Assembly (NCBI GenBank): GCA_001875345.1
Contig: MIZA01000022.1
Location: 838 to 64,837, forward strand
Direction: 5' to 3'
DNA: 64,000 nt
DNA from: Marine Group III euryarchaeote CG-Epi1
GTDB taxonomy: Archaea > Thermoplasmatota > Poseidoniia > MGIII > CG-Epi1
Numbering within the stretch: position 1 is the first letter of the stretch; every line of letters starts with the position of its first letter. Made by a program: the position numbers and the translations under genes. Under the pieces are notes generated by a model. The model was not told the origin of the DNA and did not search any database. It saw only the letters and a list, made by a program, of their open reading frames with translations. Positions 34,701 to 42,635 of the stretch are shown here, piece after piece.

Positions 34701-35161
34701 GAGTTTCTTACCGATTTGCAAATTGTGTAGGTCCTCGTAGTAACCATGGAGTTACCTTTGACTTTGTGAATAAATTAAGGAAAGATAACAATAATTTAGA
34801 AATTTTAGGAGATGGAAAGCAAAAGAAATCTTATTTCCATGTTGAAGATTGTATTTCAGGTATGCTAAATATGGCTCCAGGTGAACTCTGTGAAAAAGGG
34901 GAAATGGCTGCCCTTAACGTAGGCTCGAAAGATGCAATTGATGTTATTACTTTAGCTGATCAAGTTTGTAAAGCAATGAAATTAGATGATGTAGAATATT
35001 CCTTTACTGGTGGAGTTGATGGAGGAAGAGGCTGGAAAGGAGATGTTAAATTTATGCGATTGGATATTAAGGCATTGATGAAACATGGATGGACTCCTCA
35101 ATATACCAGTCGAAGAGCCATTAAGGAAACTGCAACCTGGCTTCACAAAAACTCTGAATAA
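31796..35161 (+). CDS. Multidomain membrane protein: Lys-rich tail, pentapeptide-repeat domain, polytopic membrane domain, C-terminal NAD-dependent epimerase/dehydratase
   Basis: Single 1121-aa ORF. aa 1-55 are KKSxxKK repeats, followed by a TM segment. aa 222-361 are 28 consecutive pentapeptide repeats. aa ~465-700 form a multi-TM domain resembling the 'small multidrug export' family (PLGIAGGVDPW..., FPFQGSGAVGGTILGRAIGL). A Gly-rich linker follows. aa 800-1121 are an SDR epimerase (VVVTGGAGFIGSHLVDRL, YGTSKLDAE). Confidence 0.7.
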   Translation: MAKKSVKKETASKKSTPKKSPAKKSPTAKKTQTKKAVAKKTSTKQTKLQDNQKKGKLTVSQRERDEIDAVMDTLWAFVGALKNSWKNTRAILLAGIFIGLIGVTFSGYGQELVGVEQSGIWYAITENPEDLEASFDPVFNNRQYLEYSSGDEIRIEGKLTDIRYYGDIEDGLYPIPPSGLDPAVAPGDSFKILQPGTTDSLFPVLSENNSEMNINFASGLEFQRVHFNNTDLTAAVFTNVKFTDVLFSEYSFTDSFFIDCSFERVTFADVDFSKSVMSNVTFDAVLFNNVTMDSNRIEKSVLDTFLVRSSTFNSVTFDKTEITGTKWSQSALNDGIFQRSSMDVVIFRDLEVNDFYLIDSKINYNFDVPLTSTFDHTFIELGEATVVVGGNVEDEYAAGAHLYFGNAKVKLGGLAAGTAPTYGGWEPGSVTGQGFQKLNSGNLSVNLNYEYIYSDSKDIDITFWWNIAFDCIAVLGLGILIYAIGGPSAMLGLFKFLSPFIMTGAFFVVMFLSMGQREFLILSQLMLVYFVPPFGKGTVVPLGIAGGVDPWAIAICTAFVDIAVGVFLTWNFDLAKKIPFIGSGINRIQIKGKAMLKDLPWLERASFVGIVVFVMFPFQGSGAVGGTILGRAIGLSPNRNLSAVAIGAISGSLILSASVVYGLGVLAILAPLQIAVTVMFIGLCLVIYYLYQHWEEIKLEDVSQTIGGVSQTLGLHKEGLIGAPINASVGALGTAGGTVLKVTGDTSRTVLGAVGQTGKNITKTTGDFIGSLAGSFADDKSDYADSTKPTELDSGVLVSMAEQKTKNRVVVTGGAGFIGSHLVDRLVKRDEEVVVLDNFSSGQLEFLEESIENITLIDIDLLNEDFAGYLEGAKIVYHLAANPEVQLGITKPEVMQEQNVDVTKRVLEAMKLAGCENIVFTSTSTVYGDAEKIPTPETAELKPISAYGTSKLDAEKLIEKYCKENNFRGVSYRFANCVGPRSNHGVTFDFVNKLRKDNNNLEILGDGKQKKSYFHVEDCISGMLNMAPGELCEKGEMAALNVGSKDAIDVITLADQVCKAMKLDDVEYSFTGGVDGGRGWKGDVKFMRLDIKALMKHGWTPQYTSRRAIKETATWLHKNSE

Positions 35162-35170
35162 TTTGGAAAA

Positions 35171-35248
35171 GCTCCTGTAGTGTAGTCCGGCCCATCATTT
35201 CGGCTTCTCGAGCCGAGCACCCGGGTTCAAATCCCGGCGGGAGCACCA
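35171..35248 (+). tRNA. tRNA-Glu (anticodon CUC), CCA encoded
   Basis: Acceptor GCTCCTG/CGGGAGC (one G-U pair), anticodon stem TCGGC/GCCGA with loop TTCTCGA, T arm CCGGG-TTCAAAT-CCCGG, discriminator A plus CCA. Closely resembles archaeal tRNA-Glu. Confidence 0.9.
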
Positions 35249-35284
35249 AATTATTTCCATGGAGAAAGTTTAAGTGTAGCTTGA

Positions 35285-35989
35285 ATGTTTTTGACTATGG
35301 GTAGAAATCTTACACCGATTATGCTAGCTCTTGGGCCTCTGCTATTGCTTGTAGCTTTTGCTATGTTTCCGTTGCAGGACCAGATAGGACAAAATGCGAT
35401 GGATGCGCTTGTTGATGAAGACAGGTCCTTCATGATGATGTTATTGGTTGTTGGAACCTTTGGAGTTACATTGATATTTGGTGGATTGAATTTACTTATC
35501 AAGGATATGAAGAAAAATACTGATGGAATGAATGCTCAACTCTTATCCTATGCTAAAGTTTTGATGATTGTTGCCTTGGTATGTTTCTTTCAAGGATTTG
35601 GAGGGTATGTTGCAGCGATTAATGCCTTTGAAACTGAAATAGACGAAAACGAAGTTGCGTATTATCCAACTGAAGCTGATAGAGAAACATCTGCAAGAGC
35701 TGCATGGGAAGCTGGGAACGCAGGATGGGCTTTACTGACTGTTGCATGGGGAATAGGTCTCATCGTAATTGGTCTGACTGCGTACTTAATGCAACGTCCT
35801 GAACAACCTGCAGAATATCTTTTCACTGCCCTAATGCCTTTGGGAACTATACTAACTATTCTACCAATTTTAAACGATAGCGAAGTTTTTGGAGGAATTT
35901 TCCCAATAGCATTGATTATACATCTTGCAATAGGTGGATTGATGCTTTCAGGAAATTTAGAAGTCCCAGGATCTAAGAAAAACGAGTAA
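35285..35989 (+). CDS. Hypothetical polytopic membrane protein
   Basis: 234 aa, about 6 hydrophobic segments, no recognised motif. Confidence 0.55.
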   Translation: MFLTMGRNLTPIMLALGPLLLLVAFAMFPLQDQIGQNAMDALVDEDRSFMMMLLVVGTFGVTLIFGGLNLLIKDMKKNTDGMNAQLLSYAKVLMIVALVCFFQGFGGYVAAINAFETEIDENEVAYYPTEADRETSARAAWEAGNAGWALLTVAWGIGLIVIGLTAYLMQRPEQPAEYLFTALMPLGTILTILPILNDSEVFGGIFPIALIIHLAIGGLMLSGNLEVPGSKKNE

Positions 35990-36051
35990 GTAAATCCGAT
36001 TTTAACAAATTCGGAAGTTTGACTTAAATAGGATTAGAAAAAATAAGGGTT

Positions 36052-37896
36052 ATGTTAGAAGCAATTATTGTTGCTAATGTGGCCCTCTGCATAATCTTTG
36101 GCACTACATTAATAATTCGAAATTATGATGTTCCTAGAATTCTAGGAAAAGAAACTAAAACTTTAGGAATTGTGATTCTCCTAATCCTCGCTTTCGCTCT
36201 CAATTTTACACCTTTAGTATCGGCAGAAGATAGTGATGGAGACGGAGTTGAGGATGCTCTTGATGAATGTCCTGATAATCTAACTGGTGAAAACTTTACA
36301 GTTGCTGCAAACGGGTGCTCTTATCCTTCCTATTTGGACAATGTTTGGATGTGTATAGGGGGTGGAGTTATGGTTCAAGACCTAAGTGGTAACGATGAAG
36401 AAGAATGTAGCGTTACAATTAGTTCTGATGGTGTCTATATGACAATTTCAACTCCTGGTATTGCTAATCACGATATGGAAGGTGGAACTGCTGGAAATAT
36501 TGTAGCTCAAGACTTTGATTGGAAATTGCCTTTGACTCCAACAAATAATACAAATTGTAATCCTAGTGTATCAATAGATGGATGTGATATAGCTCCGGAT
36601 CGTGGGCCTGTTGCTGTTGCAGTTAATGGTGTTCCTTTCTACGGGCCTGAAGACGGTCCTGGAGGAGATGCTGTAGCACATGAGATAGGCATATACGATG
36701 AGGACCGCCAAGAAATTGATTTAGGAATTTGTGGAGCACATACGGGACCTGGTGGATACCACTACCATTTTGATGGAAATTGTATGCACTGGCATAATGA
36801 AACCAATGAACATTCTGACTACGAATTTAGTAAAATAGATAACAGTACTCACTCCCCGATTATTGGGTTTGCATTTGATGGATATCCTATTTACGGTTCT
36901 TACGGGCATGTAGACGGGGATGTTACTTTGATGAGAAGTAATTACATTCTAAAGGAAAATAGCGGAATGGGATACAATGGAATTGACGATTATGAATATA
37001 GTCCGGATAACGGAGGACATCTTGATGCATGTAATGGAAGATTTAGCCCTACCCCAGAATTCCCTGATGGAATTTACCACTACTATTCAACAATGCCTGA
37101 CATGGGAGATAATCCCAATGCAAACAATGCCTTTCCATACTTCATAAATTGCTACCGCGGAATCTCAGAAACTTCTAACGAAGATGGGGGCGCACTAGAC
37201 GGAGGTGGTGAAGAACCAGGTCAAAATGGACCTCCTGATGATGATGGTGATCACGTGGGTAACGGTTGGGATATGTGCGCGGACACCGGAGACACAACCT
37301 ATCCTGATGGCGATCCTATCTATCCCCGAGGGTGTACAGAGGAACAATTTAACTTACTAAGCTCAGATGATAAAAATATTACTAAAATTGCATATGCTGG
37401 CGACAGTCCTCCGGCACCTCCTGACGAAGATGGTGATGGAATACCTGATCCTTTAGATGATTGTGAAAATACTGAAGCTGGAAATCTAGTATATGCCGAT
37501 GGATGTGCACACCTAGAATCCTCTGGAAACGAAACTGCGCCTGACGGCGATAATGATGGAATCCCAGACGACGAAGATAACTGTCCTAATGAGAATGCTT
37601 CTGGTTACGATGCTGATGCTGATGGTTGTGTGGATGACTCTGATAATGATGGCGTAAAAGACATTGAAGATATTTGCCCATTCGATCCTGCCGATGGATG
37701 TCCTGCAGCATTACAGGATGTAGAAGGTAACATGACTGAAGAAATTCCTGGCTGTGTACACCAAAGTGCCGAAAATTACAACCCTGATGCTACAGAAGAT
37801 GATGGGTCTTGTACATATGAAGAAGATACTCCTGGATTTGGATTGTTGGTTGCTTTGATCGGCGTTATCGGTGTTGCTTTTAGAAGAAGAAATTAA
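36052..37896 (+). CDS. Surface protein with YHYH-motif domain, thrombospondin type-3-like Ca-binding repeats and PGF-CTERM anchor signal
   Basis: 614 aa. GGYHYHFDGNC and GIYHYYS motifs. DxDxDGxxDxxDxC repeats (DSDGDGVEDALDECPD, DEDGDGIPDPLDDCEN, DGDNDGIPDDEDNCPN, DSDNDGVKDIEDICPF). C-terminal TPGFGLLVALIGVIGVAFRRRN. Confidence 0.75.
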   Translation: MLEAIIVANVALCIIFGTTLIIRNYDVPRILGKETKTLGIVILLILAFALNFTPLVSAEDSDGDGVEDALDECPDNLTGENFTVAANGCSYPSYLDNVWMCIGGGVMVQDLSGNDEEECSVTISSDGVYMTISTPGIANHDMEGGTAGNIVAQDFDWKLPLTPTNNTNCNPSVSIDGCDIAPDRGPVAVAVNGVPFYGPEDGPGGDAVAHEIGIYDEDRQEIDLGICGAHTGPGGYHYHFDGNCMHWHNETNEHSDYEFSKIDNSTHSPIIGFAFDGYPIYGSYGHVDGDVTLMRSNYILKENSGMGYNGIDDYEYSPDNGGHLDACNGRFSPTPEFPDGIYHYYSTMPDMGDNPNANNAFPYFINCYRGISETSNEDGGALDGGGEEPGQNGPPDDDGDHVGNGWDMCADTGDTTYPDGDPIYPRGCTEEQFNLLSSDDKNITKIAYAGDSPPAPPDEDGDGIPDPLDDCENTEAGNLVYADGCAHLESSGNETAPDGDNDGIPDDEDNCPNENASGYDADADGCVDDSDNDGVKDIEDICPFDPADGCPAALQDVEGNMTEEIPGCVHQSAENYNPDATEDDGSCTYEEDTPGFGLLVALIGVIGVAFRRRN

Positions 37897-37898
37897 TC

Positions 37899-39380
37899 TT
37901 AAACTAAAGGAATTAAGTCAATATCAGATTCGTACAAGCTAGGGCCTGCTTCAAGGTAATAGACCGAACCCAATCTATCTCTTGAATTTGATGAAGAAGT
38001 ATCCTCTCCAGAGGCGCAAGTTCCTGTACATCCATCTGCAAATGCAATGTATACTCTTCCTTCTAAGTCAATGTGTAGGTCGTTAAAGTCTAGCAGATTA
38101 CGGTTGGAACCGCCTTCGTTAGAGCGACAGTCTCCACTATTTAGACAAATACTTCCGACTTGAACTGGATCTGTAGTGAGTCTTTGAGTGTGAAAAATAG
38201 GATTTTCATCAAGAGCATTCAGGCTGTATGTAACGTACAAGTGGTGACTGACATTTGTAGTAGCATAATGTGCATTACCATTCCAGGGATTTCCATCTAT
38301 ATCTGGCTGACCTAGTGCACTAGCGTTTTCACTTCCAAGATAGGCTATAGCTATTCTCCCAGGATCTCCAGCTGAAGTGTGTGGGAAAGTAGCAGAAATC
38401 ACTTCAATTGGACTGACTCTGATGCTTGTTTGGTCCCATGTATTGCCTGAATCTATACTTCTGGACATGTAGACTCCCTGATCTCCGCCTACCCATACAT
38501 TGTAAGCATTAGATTCGGTATCTGTGGCTATTTCGCCATTCTTACGAGGATTTGGAGTTCCTACGTCTTGACCCATAGTCCTTTCTTCCCAAGTAAGGCC
38601 ATTATCTTTAGAAAAAATAATTGCAGGAGTTGCTACTCTAGGTGGAAGATAAACAGTACCGTCAGGTGCACTTGTGATTGCTCCATGCAAGCCTCCATTT
38701 GCTGTTGCTATTCCAACTAAGTTACCTCCTACTTCGAAAGAAGCACCTCCATCATAACTAGTGTAACATGAAATGTAAGCTAACTTATTGTAACAAAAGT
38801 AAACTGCAGTTTCATAAAAACTTGAGGATGCTCCACCTCCAATTCCATACCCTGCATTTGTCCAAGGTCCTGAACCTAGTTTGATATGGTCATTAACCGG
38901 GGCTCCAGAATCGTGAGGGTTAGCTTCCCAACTTTCACCGTCATTATCGGTCCATCCGATCCATGTTGTCCAAAGTCCCATCATATGGATATTGAAAACT
39001 CGGTCAGTAATTGGATCTACCCAACCGTAAGGATCATTTGTGAAAAATGCTTGAGAAGCATCTGCCGTATTTTCCCAAGTAAGGCCACCATCACATGATC
39101 TCATTGGTTTTTCAAATGCAATAAAGAAAATACAGCCGCTAGAAGTAACGCCCAAACTAGGTTCTGCGCCTTGCTCCCCTACATTACTGAAGTAAAATTG
39201 CATTTCTAATGGTGCTACATCTGTATAGTTACCAGTTGAATCTGTAACAAAAAAACCGTCAGGAAGTCCTGCTTCTACGATGATAGGAGAATTATCTGAA
39301 GAATCTTCATTTAAACAGCCTGACAGCGATGTTGCCATCACAAAAATGACTGCGAAAAATGAGTTCCACTCTTTGCCCAT
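37899..39380 (-). CDS. BNR/Asp-box repeat (sialidase-like beta-propeller) lipoprotein
   Basis: 493 aa. N-terminal signal with lipobox-like LSGC. Asp-boxes SCDGGLTWEN, TDNDGESWEA, SYDGGASFEV, SKDNGLTWEE, SIDSGNTWDQ. Confidence 0.75.
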   Translation of the reverse strand: MGKEWNSFFAVIFVMATSLSGCLNEDSSDNSPIIVEAGLPDGFFVTDSTGNYTDVAPLEMQFYFSNVGEQGAEPSLGVTSSGCIFFIAFEKPMRSCDGGLTWENTADASQAFFTNDPYGWVDPITDRVFNIHMMGLWTTWIGWTDNDGESWEANPHDSGAPVNDHIKLGSGPWTNAGYGIGGGASSSFYETAVYFCYNKLAYISCYTSYDGGASFEVGGNLVGIATANGGLHGAITSAPDGTVYLPPRVATPAIIFSKDNGLTWEERTMGQDVGTPNPRKNGEIATDTESNAYNVWVGGDQGVYMSRSIDSGNTWDQTSIRVSPIEVISATFPHTSAGDPGRIAIAYLGSENASALGQPDIDGNPWNGNAHYATTNVSHHLYVTYSLNALDENPIFHTQRLTTDPVQVGSICLNSGDCRSNEGGSNRNLLDFNDLHIDLEGRVYIAFADGCTGTCASGEDTSSSNSRDRLGSVYYLEAGPSLYESDIDLIPLV

Positions 39381-39428
39381 ACTAGTTATCCTGCAAGCTG
39401 CCTGATATACTTTACTAATTTTTAAGTA

Positions 39429-41750
39429 TTAACTACTGAACGAACGGCGACCCCAGAATACTAATGCCAAAGCACCACCTGCAAATCCGCCTGCTCCAGC
39501 TAAGAGAGCTACGTTTCTAATTGTCCAGACTGATTCTTCAATTTCCTGAATTGTTTCAACTTCCATTTGTAATCTACTTAGATTAAATGCATTGAAATTC
39601 ATTTCAATAAAATTAGTACCATTGTAAGCTGATGAAGGCTCTCCAAATTCTAATTTAGAGATACATGCTTGATTTGCTGTGTTCATATTAACTCCATCAG
39701 TAGAACATGCATAATCTCCATAATTTGTCATATTTTCATCAACATAATGATCTCCGGTTCCCATGATTAATCGAACATTTACATCATACGGGACACGCGG
39801 TTCCCAGAATTCTTCAAGTGTTGCCCCTTGATTTGGTTTAATTCCTACTGCAGTTCCTTCAATACCAAACACCCAAAGGTGTCCGCTGCTTGAATCGTCT
39901 ACTGCTATTGAATACTCTTTAGCATTAGTGTTGGTTCCGAGACTTTGAGAATTGTCGTTTGAACCATCGCTGTTAATGTCTATTGATAATTCTAAATCTG
40001 CAACTGTAAATCTATCTGTATTAACTTGCGGATAAGAGAGTACAATTTCAGCACTTACTGTTCCTTCTGGAACATGTAAGTAGTGGGTAGAATCTGTAAC
40101 ATAAGTTCCGCTACTGCCGACAAAGTATGCCCACTCCCCTTTCCAATCTGCTTTTAACGTATCTGTGAACTGTTTTGCCTTGTGAATGTGAGATATGCCT
40201 AACATTGCATCTCTAGCATCAAAAACGGTAACCATTTCATTATCCGGCATACCGTCGCCATCCTCATCTGCATTTCTCATGCTTTCTAGAGTCAATGCCA
40301 TTTGAATTGCATATTTTGTATCAATTAGTCCATGACCTTGTCCCCAATCGTGTGTCATTCCTGTTTTACTTACAGTTCCATTAGCATTTGATTGTCCGCC
40401 CTGGATATATTTCCCAGAAAGCTCCATGATTAATTCTGCTTCAGAAACAAAAGTATCGATTCTATCTCCATACCACTCACCTTCAAGGGTTTCATGGTCT
40501 TCATAGAGATAATCTGCAACTCCTAGTGATGGTGCTGCTTGGTACAATAGAGTTGCTACTCCAGCAATGTGTGGTGTTGCCATTGAAGTACCTGAAATTG
40601 CCATGTAGTACAAGTCATCATCTGATGGACGTTGAATAATATCAATTAGAGTTGCACGAGGGGCTGTTGCCCATATCTCAACACCTGGAGCGCCGATATC
40701 TGGCCATGTTTGTGGTTTGGTCATGTCTCCTCTAGATGAGAATCCTGCTATTCCAGAACCATCATGTTCAAGAGCTGCAACTCCAATTACTAGAGGAATA
40801 CTTGCATACGGATTTGTTTGTAAATCACTACCGTCTCCTCCTGAATTTCCTGCTGCAAATACTGAAACCACATTGTTATCGTATTGTAAATTTAGAACCG
40901 CTTGAGAAACTGCATTAGATGGATCATATTCTGAACCTGAACTTCCCCATGAATTGGATGTGACTCGAATATTCAACGGATTTGCATCAGGCCTTGAATT
41001 GTCGTAAACCCATTGGAAAGCTTCAACTGCATTATCGATGAATGCGATATCTCCGACTCCCATTCCAACCAATGTTGCGCCTGGAGCTACTCCTTTCTTA
41101 GCTCCTGCAGATGCATCACCATTACCTCCAACGGTTCCTGCACAGTGAGTACCATGCCCGCTAGATGTGTCTGAGTTTTCTGCTTCTATCCAAGTTCTAG
41201 TGGCTCTATCAAATTTGTAAGAAACCGTTTTACCTTCATCGTAGTCAAAATCTGGGTGGCCAGCATCGACACCTGTGTCAATAATTACTGCGGCTACTCC
41301 TGTCCCATCAATGTATGTGTGTTGATCTGCTTGATCTGCAATTACTTGCTCATCCTCGTTAATAATAACAGTCTGCCAAGTTTCTACTGCATTGATAACT
41401 CTTGTAGTATCTTGCATGTAATATTCCATTTGTGAATTATGCTCTATCCAAAAGATATCATCTTGTTTGCTTAGATCTCTAATTTGAGATGCCGTAGCTT
41501 TTCCAAAGAATCCATCAATAAATTCAAAAATACTAATAACTTCAATACCAATTCCCTCTGCTGTTTGTAAGTGCTGATTTGTAAGTTCAGGTCGATATTG
41601 AACGATAAATTCAATTTGTGTATTAGCGTCTGCATCGTCCATAGCTCTAACTATATTCGGGTGTAAAACGTTCTCATTAGCTGGTGCTGATGCGCCAATA
41701 TTACTGATAAGTAAAATGGCAAACATAGCTAAGGCTACCTTTTGTTGCAT
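39429..41750 (-). CDS. Subtilisin-like serine protease (S8 family) with C-terminal membrane anchor
   Basis: 773 aa. Catalytic triad motifs IDTGVDAGHPDF (Asp), HGTHCAGTVGG (His), SGTSMATPHIAG (Ser). Signal peptide present. C-terminal VALLAGAGGFAGGALALVFWGRRSFSS. Confidence 0.9.
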   Translation of the reverse strand: MQQKVALAMFAILLISNIGASAPANENVLHPNIVRAMDDADANTQIEFIVQYRPELTNQHLQTAEGIGIEVISIFEFIDGFFGKATASQIRDLSKQDDIFWIEHNSQMEYYMQDTTRVINAVETWQTVIINEDEQVIADQADQHTYIDGTGVAAVIIDTGVDAGHPDFDYDEGKTVSYKFDRATRTWIEAENSDTSSGHGTHCAGTVGGNGDASAGAKKGVAPGATLVGMGVGDIAFIDNAVEAFQWVYDNSRPDANPLNIRVTSNSWGSSGSEYDPSNAVSQAVLNLQYDNNVVSVFAAGNSGGDGSDLQTNPYASIPLVIGVAALEHDGSGIAGFSSRGDMTKPQTWPDIGAPGVEIWATAPRATLIDIIQRPSDDDLYYMAISGTSMATPHIAGVATLLYQAAPSLGVADYLYEDHETLEGEWYGDRIDTFVSEAELIMELSGKYIQGGQSNANGTVSKTGMTHDWGQGHGLIDTKYAIQMALTLESMRNADEDGDGMPDNEMVTVFDARDAMLGISHIHKAKQFTDTLKADWKGEWAYFVGSSGTYVTDSTHYLHVPEGTVSAEIVLSYPQVNTDRFTVADLELSIDINSDGSNDNSQSLGTNTNAKEYSIAVDDSSSGHLWVFGIEGTAVGIKPNQGATLEEFWEPRVPYDVNVRLIMGTGDHYVDENMTNYGDYACSTDGVNMNTANQACISKLEFGEPSSAYNGTNFIEMNFNAFNLSRLQMEVETIQEIEESVWTIRNVALLAGAGGFAGGALALVFWGRRSFSS

Positions 41751-41796
41751 AATAATACCCCAATGATGTTCTTAAAAAAAGTTCACTTCTAATATT

Positions 41797-42156
41797 TTAT
41801 TCTTTTTGAGTGTTATCTTCATTCATAATTACGATGTGAGGTTCCCAATTATCTGCTTTTTCTGAATCTATTTCAGCAAAAGTAGCTAGTATAACTCTGT
41901 CGCCTGGATTTGCTCTGTGTGCTGCAGCCCCATTTACGCAAATTGTTCCTTTTTCATCTCCATCATATTCCATTATATACGTGATTAATCGAGTACCCTG
42001 AGTTATATTCCACAAATGTACTTGTTCATGCATTGAAAATTTTCCCAATTTAATTAATTCAGGACTTAATGCTACTGAACCTTCATAGTCCTTCAATGCA
42101 TGTGTAACTTTTGCATTGTGCAACTTAGATTTCAATACGGTTATGCTGTGAGACAC
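41797..42156 (-). CDS. panD: Aspartate 1-decarboxylase, pyruvoyl-dependent (PanD)
   Basis: 119 aa, GTG start. LKSKLHNAKVT, self-processing site YEGSVAL (Gly-Ser), NGAAAHRANPGDRVIL. Confidence 0.88.
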   Translation of the reverse strand: MSHSITVLKSKLHNAKVTHALKDYEGSVALSPELIKLGKFSMHEQVHLWNITQGTRLITYIMEYDGDEKGTICVNGAAAHRANPGDRVILATFAEIDSEKADNWEPHIVIMNEDNTQKE

Positions 42157-42221
42157 TATTGTTTACTAAGGAGGCGGTAAATATTGATAATCTTGAAATA
42201 GTATCGCTTTGTTTACGATTT

Positions 42222-42614
42222 GTGAAAATAAGACACATTGGCATCGCTGTAGATTCTATCGAGGAAAGATTGCCTATGTGGGAATCTCTAGGTCTAAAAC
42301 TAGATCATACTGAGGAAGTTGAATCTGAAGGTGTAACTACTGCACACATCAAAGTCGGTGGTTACGAAATTGAATTACTAGAACCAATGGGAAAAGATAC
42401 TCCGGTTGGTAAATTTGTTGATAAAAAAGGCCCTGGGATCCATCATTTAGCTTTGGAAGTTGATGATATTGAAGAATCCTTAGCAAAAGCAAAAAAGAAC
42501 GGTCTAGAACCTATTGGAGAAGCTCCACGTCCTGGTGCTGATAATACACTAGTTGCCTTTTTCCACCCTAAAGATACTGGTGGTGTCCTGCTTGAAATTG
42601 TTCAATGTGAGTAA
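42222..42614 (+). CDS. Methylmalonyl-CoA epimerase (VOC/glyoxalase fold)
   Basis: IRHIGIAVDSIEE...IELLEP...PVGKFVDKKGPGIHHLALEVDDIEE...GGVLLEIVQ. The GTG at 42222 gives the usual ~130 aa; the ORF track's TTG at 42159 is an alternative start. Confidence 0.85.
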   Translation: MKIRHIGIAVDSIEERLPMWESLGLKLDHTEEVESEGVTTAHIKVGGYEIELLEPMGKDTPVGKFVDKKGPGIHHLALEVDDIEESLAKAKKNGLEPIGEAPRPGADNTLVAFFHPKDTGGVLLEIVQCE

Positions 42615-42635
42615 TTTATTGGCTCTGTGAAACCG

